In this document: positions 32,993 through 33,984 of the stretch, piece after piece | How positions within the stretch are numbered: the stretch's first letter is position 1 | How the letters are laid out: each line of letters starts with the position of its first letter | Assembly: GCA_003614675.1 (NCBI GenBank) | Contig: ML002398.1 | Coordinates: forward strand, 1 to 33,984 | From: Dimargaris cristalligena | Lineage: Eukaryota | Length of the DNA stretch: 33,984 bases | Reading direction: 5' to 3' | The notes under the pieces: generated by a model | The model's input: only the letters and a program-made list of their open reading frames with translations | Told to the model about the DNA's origin: nothing | The model's database searches: none | Translations under genes and position numbers: made by a program

Positions 32993-33984
32993 GTTACACT
33001 AGGTTTGGAAACAGCCACTGATTTTGGATATTCAAAAATGTACGCCGAATTATATCGGCAGTAACGGGTTGCAGCCAGGTCCTATATTCGAACAACTCAC
33101 CCATATGAAGCGAATCAAACAATAGAAGAAAAATATTGCAAGAGTGATAAGGTGAAAGCAATTTACAAAATACCACGCGCACGTATCTGCGGATAATGGG
33201 TTGAACGGGGGGGGCATGATTTAGGGCCAATAAAACTTCTTTGGTAACAAATAAGGGCCAGCGGACATGGCCGAACAAGAAGCCCAGACTAGGCCAAGGG
33301 TATTCAAACTAAAGAGATTATAGCCAGACTGGTCGTGTATGTCATAGTCTGGGTATCAGCATTAAATAAGTGTATTGCAAGTTTTCCATTGATAAAAAAA
33401 TACATGTTTAATATAAATCCCCGTATCATAAGCCATAGGCTATAATCAAGCCATCGCCGTGACCTACCAGAGAAAATAAAACATTCCTAAGGTCAAATTG
33501 GGAACGCTGGACCGGGTTCGGCTTGATTCAAAAGATGAGGGGCAATGCCATCCTGTGCCCAAAAGGGTATTGGTAATCTCACTCCAATGTCTAGTCGATT
33601 TCCGTAGAAAGTTTAATCTGGCACATCGTTTTTTGTTCACTTTACTCATTATTTGTGAATCAATTGTTCAGCCATCCCTCCAGCTTACCGATATAGAATC
33701 GTCCCTTCCTTCCCTATAGTGTAAATTGGCACTTAAAATAGATGGTGATGTACCAATCCCTTTCATATATATATCACTGAATTCTATCAGGCTATTAATA
33801 AACATACTGGTAAAGTCTATGTCACCCCTCCTAATCCAACCTAATCCATCCACTAATGATTGCCGTCATAATAGGCTGTATAGTGCTGTGGCAAGGTGGA
33901 GTGTCCCCTTGATTACCACAGGTATGAATTATTACTATTTGATTATTATATTTATATATAAGGTATGAAGTGGCTTTTTTATCT

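Overview
Eukaryotic, intron-containing DNA from a fungus. Protein sequences and an Integrator subunit suggest an early-diverging lineage, possibly Zoopagomycota (inference only). A compact housekeeping core (about 4.8-23.4 kb) is arranged as head-to-head pairs: URA9/QCR9, tRNA-Asn/UMP1, INTS3 (14 exons)/a YMC1-like mitochondrial carrier, and PPM2-TYW4/a BIN3-MePCE methyltransferase. Two paralogous secreted Gly/His-rich precursors, whose modules are separated by Kex2-like (Y)RR|GDGYG sites, bracket the core. Two tandem paralogues encoding signal peptide + F-box-like motif + unknown domain follow it; one is intact and one has two nonsense codons. A probable LTR lies at the left edge. Best leads: (1) secreted F-box-like candidate effectors, (2) Kex2-processed Gly/His peptide precursors sharing a dyad leader element, (3) a class-2 DHODH with Cys in place of the catalytic Ser, (4) a full-length fungal INTS3. 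All exon models were derived by hand from GT-AG signals and frame continuity; no searches were run.
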